This document shows, piece after piece, positions 63,320 through 64,000 of a stretch of DNA of 64,000 bases. Source of the stretch: Hamiltosporidium tvaerminnensis FI-OER-3-3. Taxonomy: Eukaryota; Fungi; Microsporidia. How positions within the stretch are numbered: the stretch's first letter is position 1; each line of letters begins with the position of its first letter. Below the pieces are notes generated by a model, which saw only the letters and a program-made list of their open reading frames with translations, did no database searches and was not told the origin of the DNA. The stretch covers positions 1,302,001 to 1,366,000 of the forward strand of contig JAKIMF020000007.1 in assembly GCA_022605425.2 (NCBI GenBank), in the 5' to 3' direction. The translations under genes and the position numbers were made by a program.

Positions 63320-63725
63320 TACCCCTTTAATAATACTTGTATATTATTAAAACCCTTTAGGGTATCACACTCTTAAATAACACTCTATTCATATTTCTCC
63401 TTATATTGGCACCTTTCAACATACAATAATCTATATTAACAAGCCGTTAACCTATATAGGTAACTAACACCATTTAATTTACAACCATTATTATTAACAC
63501 CATTTAATTTACAACCATTATTATTAACACACTTTATACTATAACAATCATTATTAACACCCTTTAATCTGCAACAATCATTATTAACTCCCTTTATACT
63601 GAACTATAAATTAACACGTTTAAATAAAACCCCATAATAATCCATTTTTTTAATCTATCTTCATAATGAACACGGTACCCCTTTATATAAACAATACCCC
63701 CCTTTATTTACAGTCTTTAACACAT
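63320..63725 (+). repeat. TAACACC-core minisatellite, 30-nt unit
   Basis: TAACACCATTTAATTTACAACCATTATTAT twice exactly, plus degenerate neighbours. Confidence 0.85.
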
Positions 63726-64000
63726 ACATTCATTTTTATTTTTATAGATAGATCATTGTAAAACACAATATACTAAAATTAGTTTGAATATTATTCTTTA
63801 AGTAAAGTATCACAATTAATTAATTCGAACTTACGCAAAAAATAGTTCTCTACTCTACAAATTGACTAGTAATTAAAGTATTATCAGAATAAAATAAATC
63901 CATATTTCTTAAATATTAAATATATTTTTACAAATTAGAAATATATTTAAATAGATTGAATTTAAGAAATCTAAACTTAAAAGAATAAAATTTAAACTAA

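Overview
Very AT-rich eukaryotic DNA, most consistent with a large-genome microsporidian. This is an inference from the compact intronless genes, a CCC motif just upstream of most ATGs, and AATAAA overlapping stop codons. The first ~37 kb has no convincing intact gene and appears to be decayed mobile DNA. It holds four copies of a ~170-240 bp bipartite RTE-like SINE (one with a perfect 15-bp TSD), relics of non-LTR reverse transcriptases and a pseudogene. A tight 5-kb island (37.3-42.3 kb) carries RPL31, a small membrane protein, a secreted EEP-fold protein with degenerate catalytic motifs, tRNA-Leu(CAG), CKS1 and a repeat-containing hypothetical protein. The spacers of this island are filled with minisatellites built on one TAACACCC core. 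The right part holds a decayed R4/Dong-like LINE, a TIR-bounded Ginger-type integrase transposon and two paralogous type-I surface proteins, one with a mucin-like stalk. The most intriguing unexplained item is a ~700-bp non-coding, GC-enriched element present three times with shared ends, a covarying stem, a UUCG tetraloop and a candidate TSD, which suggests a mobile structured RNA. All alignments and motif matches were made by eye; no searches were run.
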